Part shown: one piece after another, positions 38,951 to 49,136 of the stretch
How positions within the stretch are numbered: the stretch's first letter is position 1
Layout of the letters: each line of letters begins with the position of its first letter
Source of the DNA: Acidimicrobiia bacterium
GTDB taxonomy: Bacteria; Actinomycetota; Acidimicrobiia; Spongiisociales; UBA11373
Reading direction: 5' to 3'
Length of the DNA: 64,000 nucleotides
Assembly (NCBI GenBank): GCA_035464675.1
Contig: DATHSA010000081.1
Coordinates: 32,100-96,099 of the forward strand
Made by a program: the position numbers and the translations under genes
Notes under the pieces: model-generated
What the model saw: only the letters and a program-made list of their open reading frames with translations
Databases searched by the model: none
Told to the model about the DNA's origin: nothing

Positions 38951-39729
38951 GGGGCCTCCACCACGTCCCGGGCGGTCTCGGCAACCTGCTCCTCAGGGAG
39001 CTCTGAATAGCCCTCCGATGAGACGGTGACGATGTTCGGGTAGATGCCGCGCTTGAGGTCCGGGCCGCCGGTCGCGGTGTCGTCCTCGGCGACGGCCACC
39101 AGTGCCTCGACGGCGAGCTTCAGCGCGGCCTCCTGGGTCATCCCGTCCGTGAATTTGGTGCGCAGGTAGAGACGGGCGTCGCGGCCTCCGGACCCGGTGG
39201 CGGCGTAGTCCATCTCCTCGTACGAGCCTCCGACGACGTCGTAGGAGTAGAGGCGACCCTGCTCCTCCTGCTCGTCGTAGCCGCAGAAGAGCGGGATGAC
39301 GACGAGGCCCTGGAACGCCATGGGAAGGTGGCGGCGCACCATCGAGGCGAGATGATTGGCTTTTCCCTGAAGGCTGAGGCGCCGCCCCTCGATCTTCTCG
39401 TAGTGCTCCAACTCGGTCTGGAAGAGGCGGACCAGCTCGATGGCGATTCCCGCCGTCCCCGAGATCGCCACTGCCGAGTGGGAGTCCGCCGCGTAGACCT
39501 TCTGGATTCGACGATGGGCCACGTAGTTGCCCGCGGTGGCTCGTCGATCTCCAGCCATGAGGACGCCGTGGGCGTACCGGAAGGCCAGGACGGTGGTGCC
39601 TTCGGGTGCCTCGATCTCTCCGTTCGCCTCCCAGCGCGGGTCGAGATCACGGACGCGGAGCAGCGCAGAGAACGAGTTGGCCGGCGTCCCCGCTTCGAGG
39701 ACCAGGCCGTCGTCGCTCGGCTGGGTCAC
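38947..39729 (-). CDS. prcB: proteasome subunit beta (with propeptide)
   Basis: Propeptide followed by catalytic Thr (EGTTVLAF). Confidence 0.9.
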   Translation of the reverse strand: MTQPSDDGLVLEAGTPANSFSALLRVRDLDPRWEANGEIEAPEGTTVLAFRYAHGVLMAGDRRATAGNYVAHRRIQKVYAADSHSAVAISGTAGIAIELVRLFQTELEHYEKIEGRRLSLQGKANHLASMVRRHLPMAFQGLVVIPLFCGYDEQEEQGRLYSYDVVGGSYEEMDYAATGSGGRDARLYLRTKFTDGMTQEAALKLAVEALVAVAEDDTATGGPDLKRGIYPNIVTVSSEGYSELPEEQVAETARDVVEAP

Positions 39730-39920
39730 TGGCCGCCCTTCTGGACGTAGTTCTTGACGAACTCCTCGGCGTTCTCCTCGAGGACGGAGTCGATCTCGTC
39801 GAGAAGATCGTCGATCTTGTCGGTCAGCTCGTCACCGACCTCGGTCGCAACGTCCTGATCCTCGTCGACCTCACGGTCGGAGTCGTCACGACGGGTCTTC
39901 TTCCGTTCCTGATCGGCCAT
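39726..39920 (-). CDS. pup: prokaryotic ubiquitin-like protein Pup
   Basis: 64 aa from MADQERKK, ending ...FVKNYVQKGGQ (C-terminal GGQ). Confidence 0.85.
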   Translation of the reverse strand: MADQERKKTRRDDSDREVDEDQDVATEVGDELTDKIDDLLDEIDSVLEENAEEFVKNYVQKGGQ

Positions 39921-41400
39921 CTTCACCTCCGAGTGCCCGGACGAGATCGGCGGGGGTGGGTGATCCATCGAGGAGGTCGGCCACCCGGTCCTTGTCCCCG
40001 CGCAGGGGCTCCATCATAGGCACCCGTTTCAGGGCCTCCTCCCCCACGTCGAATATGAGGGAGTCCCAGTTCGCGGCGACGATCGCGTCGCCGAATCGCT
40101 CGACACACGACCCCCGGAAGTACGCCCTGGTTCGCTCCGGCGGAGCGACGGCAGCATGGTCGACCTCGTCGTCTGTGAAGAGACGCTGCATCCGGCCCGC
40201 CGACACCAGCCGGTGATACAGGCCACGGCTGCGATCGACGTCGTGATACTGCAGGTCGAGGAGCCGGAGCTTGGGGGCGTTCCACGGGAGTCCGTCGCGA
40301 CCCCGGTATCCCTCGAGCAGCGCCAGCTTGGCGGTCCAGTCCAGGCGATCGGCGGTCGACAACGGCTCGCGTTCCAGGTCGGTGAGCACCTGCTCCCAGG
40401 TCTCGAGAACCAGGCGGCCAGTGTCGTCCACCCCGTGGACCTCGGCGTACTTCGACACCCAGTCGAGGTAGTGCCACTGGAGCTCCAGGGCGGTCGCGTG
40501 TGACCCGTCGCCGAGTTCGACGGTTGCCTGGAGTGTCGGATCATGGCTCACCCGCCAGACCGAGTCGACGGGATGGGCGAGTTCGATCGGATCCCCGAGG
40601 GCGCCTGCCTCTATCGCCGACAGCAGCAGCGCCGTCGTGCCGACCTTGAGGAACGTCTGGGTCTCGCTGAGGTTGGCGTCTCCGATGATGACGTGGAGCC
40701 GGCGGTAGAGACCAGCATCGGCGTGGGGCTCGTCCCGGGTGTTGACGATGGGACGCTTGAGGGTGGTCTCGAGGCCGACCTCCTCCTCGAAGAAGTCGGC
40801 TCGCTGGGTGATCTGATAGTCGACGGCAGGGCGGCCGTTCTCGCTGCCGACCTTCCCCGATCCAGTGAAGATCTGGCGAGACACGAAGAATGGGATCAGG
40901 TGCCGTACCAGCTCGCCGAACGGCAGCCTGCGATCGACCAGGTAGTTCTCGTGGGCCCCATAGGAGTTGCCCTTGCCGTCGCTGTTGTTCTTGTGGATGT
41001 GGAGCCGCTGACCTTCGAGAAGGGAGCGTGAGGCGCTGCGGGCAGCCCGCTCCAACACGAACTCGCCGGCCTTGTCATAGAGCGCCGCCTCCAACGGGTC
41101 GTAGCACTCCGGCGTCGAGTATTCCGGGTGCGCATGGTCGACGTAGAGGCGGGCACCGTTGGTGAGCACCACGTTGACCAGGCCCGTCTCGAAATCCGCG
41201 GTCGGTGGCGGCTCGTAGCCGAAGCCCCGGGCGTCGCGACCGGGCGACTCCTCCTCGTACGACCACTGGATCCGTGTCGATGTGCCGGCGTAGGAGTTGA
41301 TGACGAGGCTCGAAGCCACGACCGGGTTGAAGTCGGGGTGATTGCTGATCGTGATTCCGAACTCGGTCTCCGTACCGACGACCTTGTGGATCTCGCTCAC
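39886..41400 (-). CDS. dop: Pup deamidase/depupylase
   Basis: 504 aa PafA paralog (GTETEFG N-terminus, Dop-specific insert); its 3' end overlaps the pup start by 35 nt. Confidence 0.9.
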   Translation of the reverse strand: MSEIHKVVGTETEFGITISNHPDFNPVVASSLVINSYAGTSTRIQWSYEEESPGRDARGFGYEPPPTADFETGLVNVVLTNGARLYVDHAHPEYSTPECYDPLEAALYDKAGEFVLERAARSASRSLLEGQRLHIHKNNSDGKGNSYGAHENYLVDRRLPFGELVRHLIPFFVSRQIFTGSGKVGSENGRPAVDYQITQRADFFEEEVGLETTLKRPIVNTRDEPHADAGLYRRLHVIIGDANLSETQTFLKVGTTALLLSAIEAGALGDPIELAHPVDSVWRVSHDPTLQATVELGDGSHATALELQWHYLDWVSKYAEVHGVDDTGRLVLETWEQVLTDLEREPLSTADRLDWTAKLALLEGYRGRDGLPWNAPKLRLLDLQYHDVDRSRGLYHRLVSAGRMQRLFTDDEVDHAAVAPPERTRAYFRGSCVERFGDAIVAANWDSLIFDVGEEALKRVPMMEPLRGDKDRVADLLDGSPTPADLVRALGGEDGRSGTEEDPS

Positions 41401-43112
41401 AGGTACTGGCCGGTGGTGATGGCCTCGATGCTGCGACTCTCGCCGTCACCCTCGATCAGGGTTCGGACGTACACGATCCTTTCGCCCTTCTTGCCCGAGA
41501 TGCGGGCCCAGTCGTCCGGGTTCGTCGTGTTGGGCAGGTCCTCGTGCTCCCGGAACTCCTGCTTGATGGCGGCCAGGAGGTCGGCGGTGCGCACCCCGCG
41601 CTCCCCGGTCTCGATCTCGCGCTTGATCGCCTCCTTCTTGGCGCGGCGGACGACGTTCTCGATCATCGCCCCGGAGGCGAAGTCCTTGAAGAAGAGGACC
41701 TCCTTGTCCCCATTGGCGTACGTCACCTCGAGGAACCGGTTGTGCTCCGACGTCGAGTACATGTCGGTGACGACTTCTTCGATCATGGACTCGACCAGGG
41801 CGGATGCGTCCCCTCCGTGGCGTTCGACCTCGCCGACGTCCAGGGGGATGTCGGCGCCGAGATAGATGCGATAGACCTCCTTGGCGGCGTCCTGGTTGGG
41901 TCGCTCGATCTTGATCTTCACGTCGAGGCGGCCCGGGCGCAGGATGGCCGGGTCGATGAGGTCCTCGCGGTTGGATGCGCCGATCACGATCACGTTCTTG
42001 AGCGTCTCGACGCCGTCGAGCTCGGAGAGCAGCTGGGGAACGATCGTCGACTCGACGTCCGAGGAGATCCCACTTCCCCGGGTGCGGAACAGTGAATCCA
42101 TCTCGTCGAAGAAGACGATGACCGGCACACCCTCCTCCGACTTCTCCTTGGCGCGGGCGAAGATCAGCCGGATCTGGCGCTCGGTCTCACCGACGTACTT
42201 GTTGAGAAGCTCCGGGCCCTTGATGTTGAGGAAGTACGACCTCGAGTCCTCCTGGCCCGTCTTGGCCGCAACGGCCTTGGCCAGGGAGTTGGCGACGGCC
42301 TTGGCGATGAGGGTCTTCCCGCACCCGGGCGGGCCGTACAGGAGGACGCCTTTCGGCGCCGCGAGCCCGTACTCGTCGAAGAGCGCCTTGTGGACGTAGG
42401 GCAACTCGACGGCGTCGCGGATCGACTCGATCTGCTCGGTGAGTCCGCCGATGTTGTCGTAGGAGACATCGGGAACCTCCTCCAGGACCAGTTCTTCGAC
42501 CTCGGGGCGCACGAGTCGCTCATGGAGCAGGCCGGTCCTGGTGTCGAGGCGGACGTGGTCGCCGACTCGAATGAAGGTGTCGCTCATGGGACCGGCGAGT
42601 TCGACGACGCGCTCCTCGTCGGCGCGAGCCAGGACGATCACACGGCCGTCGCCGAGCACCTCCTTGACCGTGACGACCTCTCCGCCCTGCTCGAAGGCAC
42701 GGACGTCGATGACGTTCATGGCCTCATTGAGGAGTACCTCCTGGCCGGGCTCCAGCTCTTTGACCTCGATCGTCGGCTCGACGTTGACCCGGAGCTTGCG
42801 GCCGCCGGTGAGGACGTCCAGGGTGCCGTCCGCGTTGACTCCCTGCACGATTCCGAATGGATTGGGGGGCGCGGTGAGCTTCTCCACCTCGTCGCGGAGC
42901 ACCGCCAGTTGCTCGCGGGTCTCCTCGAGGGCAACGGACAGCTTCTCGTTCTGCGACATGGCCTGATTGACCCGGCCCTTGGCCTCGAGGAGCCTTTCTT
43001 CGAGCACGCGAACGCGACGCGGGGCGTCCTGGAGGCGCCGGCGGAGGATGGCTATCTCCTCCTCCAGCATCTTGATGGTGCCTCGGAGCTCGTCGACCGT
43101 GGGGTCGCTCAT
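41397..43112 (-). CDS. mpa: proteasome-associated AAA ATPase (Mpa/ARC)
   Basis: Coiled-coil N-terminus, OB domains, AAA+ core ([12 protein letters not shown]), C-terminal GQYL proteasome-docking motif. Confidence 0.92.
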   Translation of the reverse strand: MSDPTVDELRGTIKMLEEEIAILRRRLQDAPRRVRVLEERLLEAKGRVNQAMSQNEKLSVALEETREQLAVLRDEVEKLTAPPNPFGIVQGVNADGTLDVLTGGRKLRVNVEPTIEVKELEPGQEVLLNEAMNVIDVRAFEQGGEVVTVKEVLGDGRVIVLARADEERVVELAGPMSDTFIRVGDHVRLDTRTGLLHERLVRPEVEELVLEEVPDVSYDNIGGLTEQIESIRDAVELPYVHKALFDEYGLAAPKGVLLYGPPGCGKTLIAKAVANSLAKAVAAKTGQEDSRSYFLNIKGPELLNKYVGETERQIRLIFARAKEKSEEGVPVIVFFDEMDSLFRTRGSGISSDVESTIVPQLLSELDGVETLKNVIVIGASNREDLIDPAILRPGRLDVKIKIERPNQDAAKEVYRIYLGADIPLDVGEVERHGGDASALVESMIEEVVTDMYSTSEHNRFLEVTYANGDKEVLFFKDFASGAMIENVVRRAKKEAIKREIETGERGVRTADLLAAIKQEFREHEDLPNTTNPDDWARISGKKGERIVYVRTLIEGDGESRSIEAITTGQYL

Positions 43113-43343
43113 GGCTCTTCGTCTCCCCGGCCGGGATCACCCGGCCTCTGACGACCTCGGACCGGGCGTACCCCGGTCCTTGCGCGGAGTATACGACGGG
43201 TTGCCCGAGAGACGGTTGCACAGGGCAGAAGGTCGACGGCCGCACCCCTGCGCGCTCTGCGGGTCTGGCCTTCGCCTGCTGCGGTCTCCATCTGCCTTGG
43301 CTGGAGTACCATCCCGTGGTCGGCTGCCACGGAGCATCACATC

Positions 43344-43589
43344 ATGAAGGTTTGGATCGACCAGGATCTCTGCACAGGCGACGGCCTCTGCGAGGAGATC
43401 GCCCCGGACGTGTTCGTGCTGCTCGACGACGGCCTTGCGTACGTCCGCGAGGGCGAGAAGGTGTTCGCCGCCGCCAAGGGCAATCCCGAGGGCGCAGCGG
43501 GCGTGGCCGCGGTGCCGGCCGGCCAGGAAGAGATCACCATCGAGGCCGCCGAGGAGTGCCCCGGCGAGTGCATCTTCATCGAGCCGTAG
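43344..43589 (+). CDS. ferredoxin (single-cluster 3Fe-4S/4Fe-4S type)
   Basis: 81 aa; CTGDGLCE...CPGEC cluster-binding motifs. Confidence 0.8.
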   Translation: MKVWIDQDLCTGDGLCEEIAPDVFVLLDDGLAYVREGEKVFAAAKGNPEGAAGVAAVPAGQEEITIEAAEECPGECIFIEP

Positions 43590-43675
43590 TTCCGTCGCCA
43601 GATACCCGACTCCGTCCGATGGTCGGGTCCGGTCGACGAGTGACGGGAGACCCGCAACGGGTTGGGGAGCAGTGA

Positions 43676-44479
43676 TCAGGCCGGATCGCGATCCAAACGC
43701 TCAACCGTGACATGGGCCACCGTGATGAAGCCGGTGTGCCCGACCATCTGGCTCATCGGACGCACCGACCGGCCGTCCACCTGCCACTCGCGCAGCATGA
43801 TCTCGAACGACTCGACGCCCACGAAGCGCCGGCTGATCCGGAGCTCCTCGTGGAGCTTCTGCAGTTGGGGCACGGTGGGCAGATAGGTGCATAGGAGCCC
43901 GCCGGCTGCGAGGGCGTCTGCGGCGGGCTCGACGGCGGACCACGGCTCGGGGAGGTCGAGGAGGACCCGGTCCGGAGTGTGAGCCGGGAGCACGTCCTCG
44001 ACGATTCCTTCTATCACGTCGAGGTTCCCCGGGATCTCGCCGAGGAACCGGGTGATGGTCTTCCGGGCGTGCTCGAGGTGGTCACTGCGACGGTCGACAC
44101 TCACGACCCGGCCCTCGGGCCCGACGGCCCGCCACAGGGCCATGGTCAGGGCCCCCGATCCCGTGCCGGCCTCGACCACGGTGTGGCCCGGGGCGACGTC
44201 CGCCCAGTGGATAATCGGACCCAGGTCCTTGGGATACACCACCTGGGCGCCACGATCCATCTTCAGGACGTAGTCGGCGAGGCGAGGGCGCAGCGCAACG
44301 AGCCGCGCGCCGGCTTCGGTCCAGACCACGGTTCCGGCAGGCGAGCCGATCAAGTCGTCATGTGCCACGGCCCCGGCATGGAACTGGAACGACCCCCCGG
44401 GACGGAGATCGATCAGATAGCGCCGGCCCCGATTGTCGACAAGGAGGCAGGGCTCGCCTTCGGTGAGTGGTCCTCTCAA
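43676..44479 (-). CDS. trmI: tRNA (adenine58-N1)-methyltransferase
   Basis: SAM-MTase motif VVEAGTGSGALT; N-terminal beta-barrel; TTG start. Rv2118c-like position next to the mpa region. Confidence 0.8.
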   Translation of the reverse strand: MRGPLTEGEPCLLVDNRGRRYLIDLRPGGSFQFHAGAVAHDDLIGSPAGTVVWTEAGARLVALRPRLADYVLKMDRGAQVVYPKDLGPIIHWADVAPGHTVVEAGTGSGALTMALWRAVGPEGRVVSVDRRSDHLEHARKTITRFLGEIPGNLDVIEGIVEDVLPAHTPDRVLLDLPEPWSAVEPAADALAAGGLLCTYLPTVPQLQKLHEELRISRRFVGVESFEIMLREWQVDGRSVRPMSQMVGHTGFITVAHVTVERLDRDPA

Positions 44480-44897
44480 TTGCCCAGCAGAGCCAGGAAG
44501 GGCAGGACGAGGGCGAGCACCATCGCAGCCGACACCACGATGACCATCACCTTCACCATGCGGTCGCGGTTGCGAAACATGGGTCGGACTCTAGGTCCCC
44601 GTCCACCAACGAAGGCCATCCGCGGGGCCGCTCTCTGACAGGCGCCCGAGACACGGGAGCCTGTCAGATCGCAGCCATGTTCGTCCGCAGTCGATTCCGT
44701 GCCACTGCGATACCCTTGCGCGATGGACATCCTGGGCTCCGGGCTTCGACGCATGCTCGGGGCAATTCGCGAGCAGAACATCCCCCTCGTATTCATGGGT
44801 GCGGCGCTCGTCGCCATCGGATTGGCCAGACGGCTCGATCCCCCCGGCGACGAGTTGGTCTATTCGAAGAGACTGAAGCCCGGGGAGTCCATCCGGG

Positions 44898-45024
44898 TCG
44901 TCGCCCGTCGCCCGTCACCCGACGCCCGAAACTCCGACTGATGGGTGGGGGAACCCCCGAGAGCAGGTCGACGCGGTCGAAACGGAGCCGAGACGGGAGA
45001 CGGGCGACCGGAGTCGGGTGACCC
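44898..45024 (-). repeat. heptad-hairpin element D (long-range arms with nested GGGGGAACCCCC hairpin)
   Basis: gtcgcccgtcgcccgtcacccgac [60-nt loop containing tgggggaacccccga] gagacgggagacgggcgacc...gtcgggtgaccc; ends 2 nt before the stop of 45026..45220. Confidence 0.65.
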
Positions 45025-45025
45025 T

Positions 45026-45220
45026 CTACGTCCGGTAGACCTCGATGCGGGCCCCACCCTTCTTGCCCTTGCGGCGCCCGATCAGGTAGACGACGAACAA
45101 CACCACCACCACTCCGACTGCCGCAAGGACCCCGGCATTGCGGGCACCCTGGGTCGTCTCGTCGATGGCCCCCTGGATCTCACGCAGCTTGGCTTCGAGA
45201 TCGGCTTTCTGAACACTCAT
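45026..45220 (-). CDS. small membrane protein (DUF3618-like: coiled coil plus C-terminal TM)
   Basis: Start at M6 (MSVQKADLEAKLREIQ...), which overlaps the stop of the upstream gene (ATGA). Single TM helix VLAAVGVVVVLFVVYLI followed by a basic tail. Confidence 0.5.
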   Translation of the reverse strand: MSVQKADLEAKLREIQGAIDETTQGARNAGVLAAVGVVVVLFVVYLIGRRKGKKGGARIEVYRT

Positions 45221-45510
45221 CGGGTTGCCCTCCACATCACGAGGCCGGTCACGGCCAGCAGGGCCAGCGATGCCGCCATGTAGCCGAGACCACTCCAGAT
45301 CATGCCGTCCGGCATGACCGAGACGACCAGGCGCATGCCGCTCACGGCCAGGAACAGGCCGGCGAGGACGAAAAGGATCGACGCGGCGAAGCTCATCCCG
45401 GCGAGGCGGCCCAGTGCCTTTGCACGCTCGATCGTGTGTTCGCGCAGGTACTGCTTGGCGAGCGCGAAGAACTCTCCGATCAGATCGGGCAGTTCACGCG
45501 GTGATGCCAT
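45217..45510 (-). CDS. Holin-X-like (actinobacterial holin superfamily III) two-TM membrane protein
   Basis: 97 aa; N-terminal amphipathic helix then two TM helices, the typical PF07332 layout. No phage context. Confidence 0.5.
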   Translation of the reverse strand: MASPRELPDLIGEFFALAKQYLREHTIERAKALGRLAGMSFAASILFVLAGLFLAVSGMRLVVSVMPDGMIWSGLGYMAASLALLAVTGLVMWRATR

Positions 45511-46068
45511 CTACTCGCTCCTTCCGAGCACCGCCTGCAGCAATGCGGTCTCCCGCCGCAGGACCTGGATCTCGCGTTCGAGTCGTTCGCCGGCGTTCCC
45601 GGCCTCGAAGATTTCCTGCACCTCGGGCCACGAGATCTCCAGGTCCGAGGCTACCTGATGCGACGCGGTCACCGGATTCGGGTCGAGTGTGATGTGAACG
45701 TCGCCTCCGAGCCCGGCTTCGGCACGCGCCGCCATATAGGTTCGCAGTGCGACCTGTGCGCGCGACACGACGTCACCGGTGGCGGCCGTCGGGTCCCCAT
45801 CCACGGGACTCACCATCGCGTCCTCATCCCTCGGGCGCACCGTGACCAGCGACTCTCCGACGAGGTCGAGCACCAAGTCGTCCCCGCGCCGGCCGACCCC
45901 GTGCACCCGCGACGCGGTGCCCACGTCGCCGATGGTCCCATCCGGGAGCTGGAGGACGACGACGACGCGGGCGCCGACGCCGAGATCGTCACGCTGGGTT
46001 CGCACTGCGTGCCTTGTCCCCGGGATCAGCGCCCGGCCGAACCGCAGCAGCGGAAGGTGCTCGCTCAT
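45511..46068 (-). CDS. LON substrate-binding (N-terminal) domain protein
   Basis: LPLLRFGRALIPGTRHAVRTQRDDL resembles the Lon N-domain start (LPL.P.....FP.......). 185 aa with no protease or ATPase part. Confidence 0.6.
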   Translation of the reverse strand: MSEHLPLLRFGRALIPGTRHAVRTQRDDLGVGARVVVVLQLPDGTIGDVGTASRVHGVGRRGDDLVLDLVGESLVTVRPRDEDAMVSPVDGDPTAATGDVVSRAQVALRTYMAARAEAGLGGDVHITLDPNPVTASHQVASDLEISWPEVQEIFEAGNAGERLEREIQVLRRETALLQAVLGRSE

Positions 46069-46547
46069 TGCTCTTCCTCGAGTCGAGCGCCGGCCGTCTC
46101 GAGCACCTTCAGTGCGTCGTCGGGGCCCTTCCAGCCGAGGGCGGCGGTCTTCATGTCCTCGAGGTCCTTGTAGACGCTGAAGAAGTGCTCGAACTCCCGA
46201 AGGAGGTGAGACGGGAGCTCATCGATGCTGCGAATCGTGCCCCACATCGGATCCCGCACCGGAACCCCGAGCACCTTGTGATCGGGCAATCCCTGATCCT
46301 CCATCAGGAACAGGCCGACAGGGCGGATGTGGATGCGGCATCCCGGGAATGTCGGTTCAGTCACGAGCGCCATGGCGTCGAGGGGGTCGCCGTCGTCGGC
46401 CACCGTGTCGGGGACGAATCCGTAGTCCGCGGGATACCTGGTGGCGGTGAACAGCATCCGATCGAGATGGACCGGCCCGGTGTCGGGGTCCATCTCGTAC
46501 TTGTTCCGGCTTCCCCGGGGGATCTCGACCGCCATCGTGACGAGCAT
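46065..46547 (-). CDS. ppa: inorganic pyrophosphatase
   Basis: VEIPRGSRNKYEMD signature and downstream D-rich metal site. Start at MLVTMAVEIP. Confidence 0.9.
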   Translation of the reverse strand: MLVTMAVEIPRGSRNKYEMDPDTGPVHLDRMLFTATRYPADYGFVPDTVADDGDPLDAMALVTEPTFPGCRIHIRPVGLFLMEDQGLPDHKVLGVPVRDPMWGTIRSIDELPSHLLREFEHFFSVYKDLEDMKTAALGWKGPDDALKVLETAGARLEEEQ

Positions 46548-46627
46548 GCGCGGCACGGTAGCGGTGCGCCATGCATGCGAGTCGCGGGTCCCGGGTGAGC
46601 GACCGCTCCGCTTGTATCCTCGCCGGA

Positions 46628-47938
46628 ATGGCGCGTACGCCCGTCGATCCCCGGCGGAATCTGTGGCCGTTGGTCGGCGGTCAGTCGATATCCCTGTTCG
46701 GGGACTATCTCGCGTTCTTCTTCGCACTGCCCATCTTCGTGCGGGATCAGACCGGCTCGGCCACCCAGCTCGGCCTGCTGGGCCTCTTCGAGACCGTCGC
46801 GGTCCTCGGTTTCGGGTTTCTCGCCGGAGTGCTCCTCGACAGGGTTCGGCTGCGTCGGGCCTTGATCCTTGCCGACATCGCCCGGATGCTCGCCCTCGGG
46901 CTGTTGGCCCTGGCGGTCACTCTCGACGTCGGGGAGACCTGGATGGCGTTCGCCGTGGCGTTCATCGTCGGCTCCATGGGAACGGTCTTCGACTCCGGAC
47001 TGGAGAGCTACATCCCGTCGGTGCTGAACGACGAGCTGCTGGTCCGGGCCAACACGATGCTCTCGATGGGTCGCAACCTCGCGCAGACTCTCGGATTCGT
47101 GGCGGGTGGCGCGGTGATCATCGCGACCGGGGGCGTCGCCGGCGCATTTGCCCTCGACGCCCTCTCGTATGGGGTGTCGATCATCGGGATCTTGCTGCTC
47201 CGCGAGGCCCGACCCCGCCGACCCGCGGAGAAGGAGGCCATCTGGACCTCTCTTCGGCTCGGCATCTCGACGCTGTGGAACATCGGACCCGTGCGCTGGG
47301 CCACCGCCGCGGCAGCTCTCGCCAATCTCGCGTTCGCACCTCTCGCAGCGGTCATGACGTTGTACGCCGAGCAGGAGCTCGGAATCCTCTCCGAGAGCAA
47401 TCTCGGGCTCTTTTTCGCCGGGTTCTCCCTGATCGGTGTGGTCGGTGTCTCCCTGGCCCCCGGGATCGTCGCGAGGGTGGGACTGGGGCGGTCGGTGGTG
47501 GTCGGAGGGCTCGTCTTCGGTGTCGGCGCCATCGGGGCCGGGCTGGCCGACGGAGCCTGGGCGGTGATCCCCTTCGGCATCGCCATGGGAGGCGTGTCGC
47601 TCAATCAGGTGGCCTTTGTGACCCTCCGGCAGCGACTGACCCCGCCGCATCTGCTCGGAAGGGTGATCGCGGCGTCACGAACCATCGCGTGGGGCGGCAT
47701 ACCGGTGGGCCTCATGATCGGCACCCCGATCGGCGACGCGGTCGGTCTGCGTCCGCTCTTCGTCGGAAGCGGCATCCTGATCGCGGTGATCGCGGTGCTG
47801 CTGGTCACCGGCCCGTTGTGGAGGGTCGCGCCGACCACGCCTTCGGCGGCCGGGCCGGACGACGACCTGGACGCCCCCGACGGGCATCGCACCGGCACCG
47901 GGCCGTGGGGCCGGCTGCCGGATCGACGCGGACCGTGA
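46628..47938 (+). CDS. MFS transporter
   Basis: 12 predicted TM helices; start at MARTPVDPRRNLWPLVGGQS (internal M of ORF 46571..). Confidence 0.75.
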   Translation: MARTPVDPRRNLWPLVGGQSISLFGDYLAFFFALPIFVRDQTGSATQLGLLGLFETVAVLGFGFLAGVLLDRVRLRRALILADIARMLALGLLALAVTLDVGETWMAFAVAFIVGSMGTVFDSGLESYIPSVLNDELLVRANTMLSMGRNLAQTLGFVAGGAVIIATGGVAGAFALDALSYGVSIIGILLLREARPRRPAEKEAIWTSLRLGISTLWNIGPVRWATAAAALANLAFAPLAAVMTLYAEQELGILSESNLGLFFAGFSLIGVVGVSLAPGIVARVGLGRSVVVGGLVFGVGAIGAGLADGAWAVIPFGIAMGGVSLNQVAFVTLRQRLTPPHLLGRVIAASRTIAWGGIPVGLMIGTPIGDAVGLRPLFVGSGILIAVIAVLLVTGPLWRVAPTTPSAAGPDDDLDAPDGHRTGTGPWGRLPDRRGP

Positions 47939-47975
47939 TGCAACATTTCCGGCCGTTTCGGGGTTCTGGGCTCAG

Positions 47976-48881
47976 ATGACCACGCGCTCCCGCCTGATCA
48001 CCACCGCGCCGGGGACCCGTACCGAGGCCTTCGGTGCGCTGGAGTGGGGTCTGCTCGCTTCGACCTCCCTCATGTGGGGGTCGTCGTTCCTCTGGATCGC
48101 AGAGGGTCTCGAAGCGTTCCCGCCCGCCGTCGTCACCCTCGCCCGCTTGGCGCTCGGGGCGGCGACGCTCGCCCTGTTCCCGAAGACGCGCCAACCGGTG
48201 GAGCGCGCCGACCTGCCACGCGTCGCTCTCCTCGGGCTGGTGTGGATGGCGATCCCTCTGACTCTCTTCCCGATCGCCCAGCAATGGGTCGACTCGTCGA
48301 TCGCCGGCATGGTCAATGGGGGCGTTCCGATCTTCGCCGCCGTGATCGCGGCGCTCCTCCTGAAGCGCCGGCCGGGGCGTGCCCAGATCGCCGGGATCGT
48401 CACCGGCTTCGCCGGGGTGGTGCTGATCTCTGCATCATCGGCGTCGCGGGTCTCGGGCAGCCTGGGAGGGGTGCTCCTCATCGTCCTGGCGACGGCGATG
48501 TACGGCCTGGCGGTGAACCTCTCCGTGCCGCTGGCACAGCGCTACGGCTCGCTCCCCATCCTCCTGAGGGCCCAGATCGTCGCTCTGGTCGCGGCGATGC
48601 CATTCGGGCTCCTGGACATCGGCGACGCCACCTGGTCTTGGAGCGCCGCCGGTGCGATGGTGGTGCTCGGAGCCTTCAGCACCGGGATCGCCTTCGTGGC
48701 GATGACCGAGCTCGGAAAGCGAGTCGGAGCCACCAGGGGCTCGATCGGCATCTACTTCATCCCGATCGTCGCCACGATCCTCGGAATGGTGTTTCGGGAC
48801 GAGCGTCCGGCATGGCCGGCCTTTGCCGGCATGGCGCTCGTGGTCCTCGGAGCCTGGTGGAGCAGCCGACGCGAAGCGTGA
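47976..48881 (+). CDS. EamA/DMT family transporter
   Basis: 10 TM helices in two EamA repeats. Confidence 0.78.
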   Translation: MTTRSRLITTAPGTRTEAFGALEWGLLASTSLMWGSSFLWIAEGLEAFPPAVVTLARLALGAATLALFPKTRQPVERADLPRVALLGLVWMAIPLTLFPIAQQWVDSSIAGMVNGGVPIFAAVIAALLLKRRPGRAQIAGIVTGFAGVVLISASSASRVSGSLGGVLLIVLATAMYGLAVNLSVPLAQRYGSLPILLRAQIVALVAAMPFGLLDIGDATWSWSAAGAMVVLGAFSTGIAFVAMTELGKRVGATRGSIGIYFIPIVATILGMVFRDERPAWPAFAGMALVVLGAWWSSRREA

Positions 48882-49136
48882 TCGGCGGCGGCGGTGCCTC
48901 GGATGACGAGAACAACGAAGGCGGCGGCGTCGGCGCCGGGGGTGGCGGAGCCGCCCACGCACGGCCGGTCGCCGTCATCGAGATCGACGAATCGAGCGTT
49001 CGGGTCCGGCGAATCTTCGATTACACCCGCATCACGCTCGCGGCAATCGCCGCACTGCTCATGATCCGCCGCCTGCGACGCAGGGGCTGACCGGGAGGGC
49101 CCCCCGGCCGATCGGCTGGAACCATCGGACCCTCCG

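Noticed and set aside
45026-45510. Holin-like genes as evidence of a prophage
   Set aside because: No integrase, capsid, terminase or lysin genes nearby; Holin-X/DUF3618 pairs are common chromosomal actinobacterial genes.
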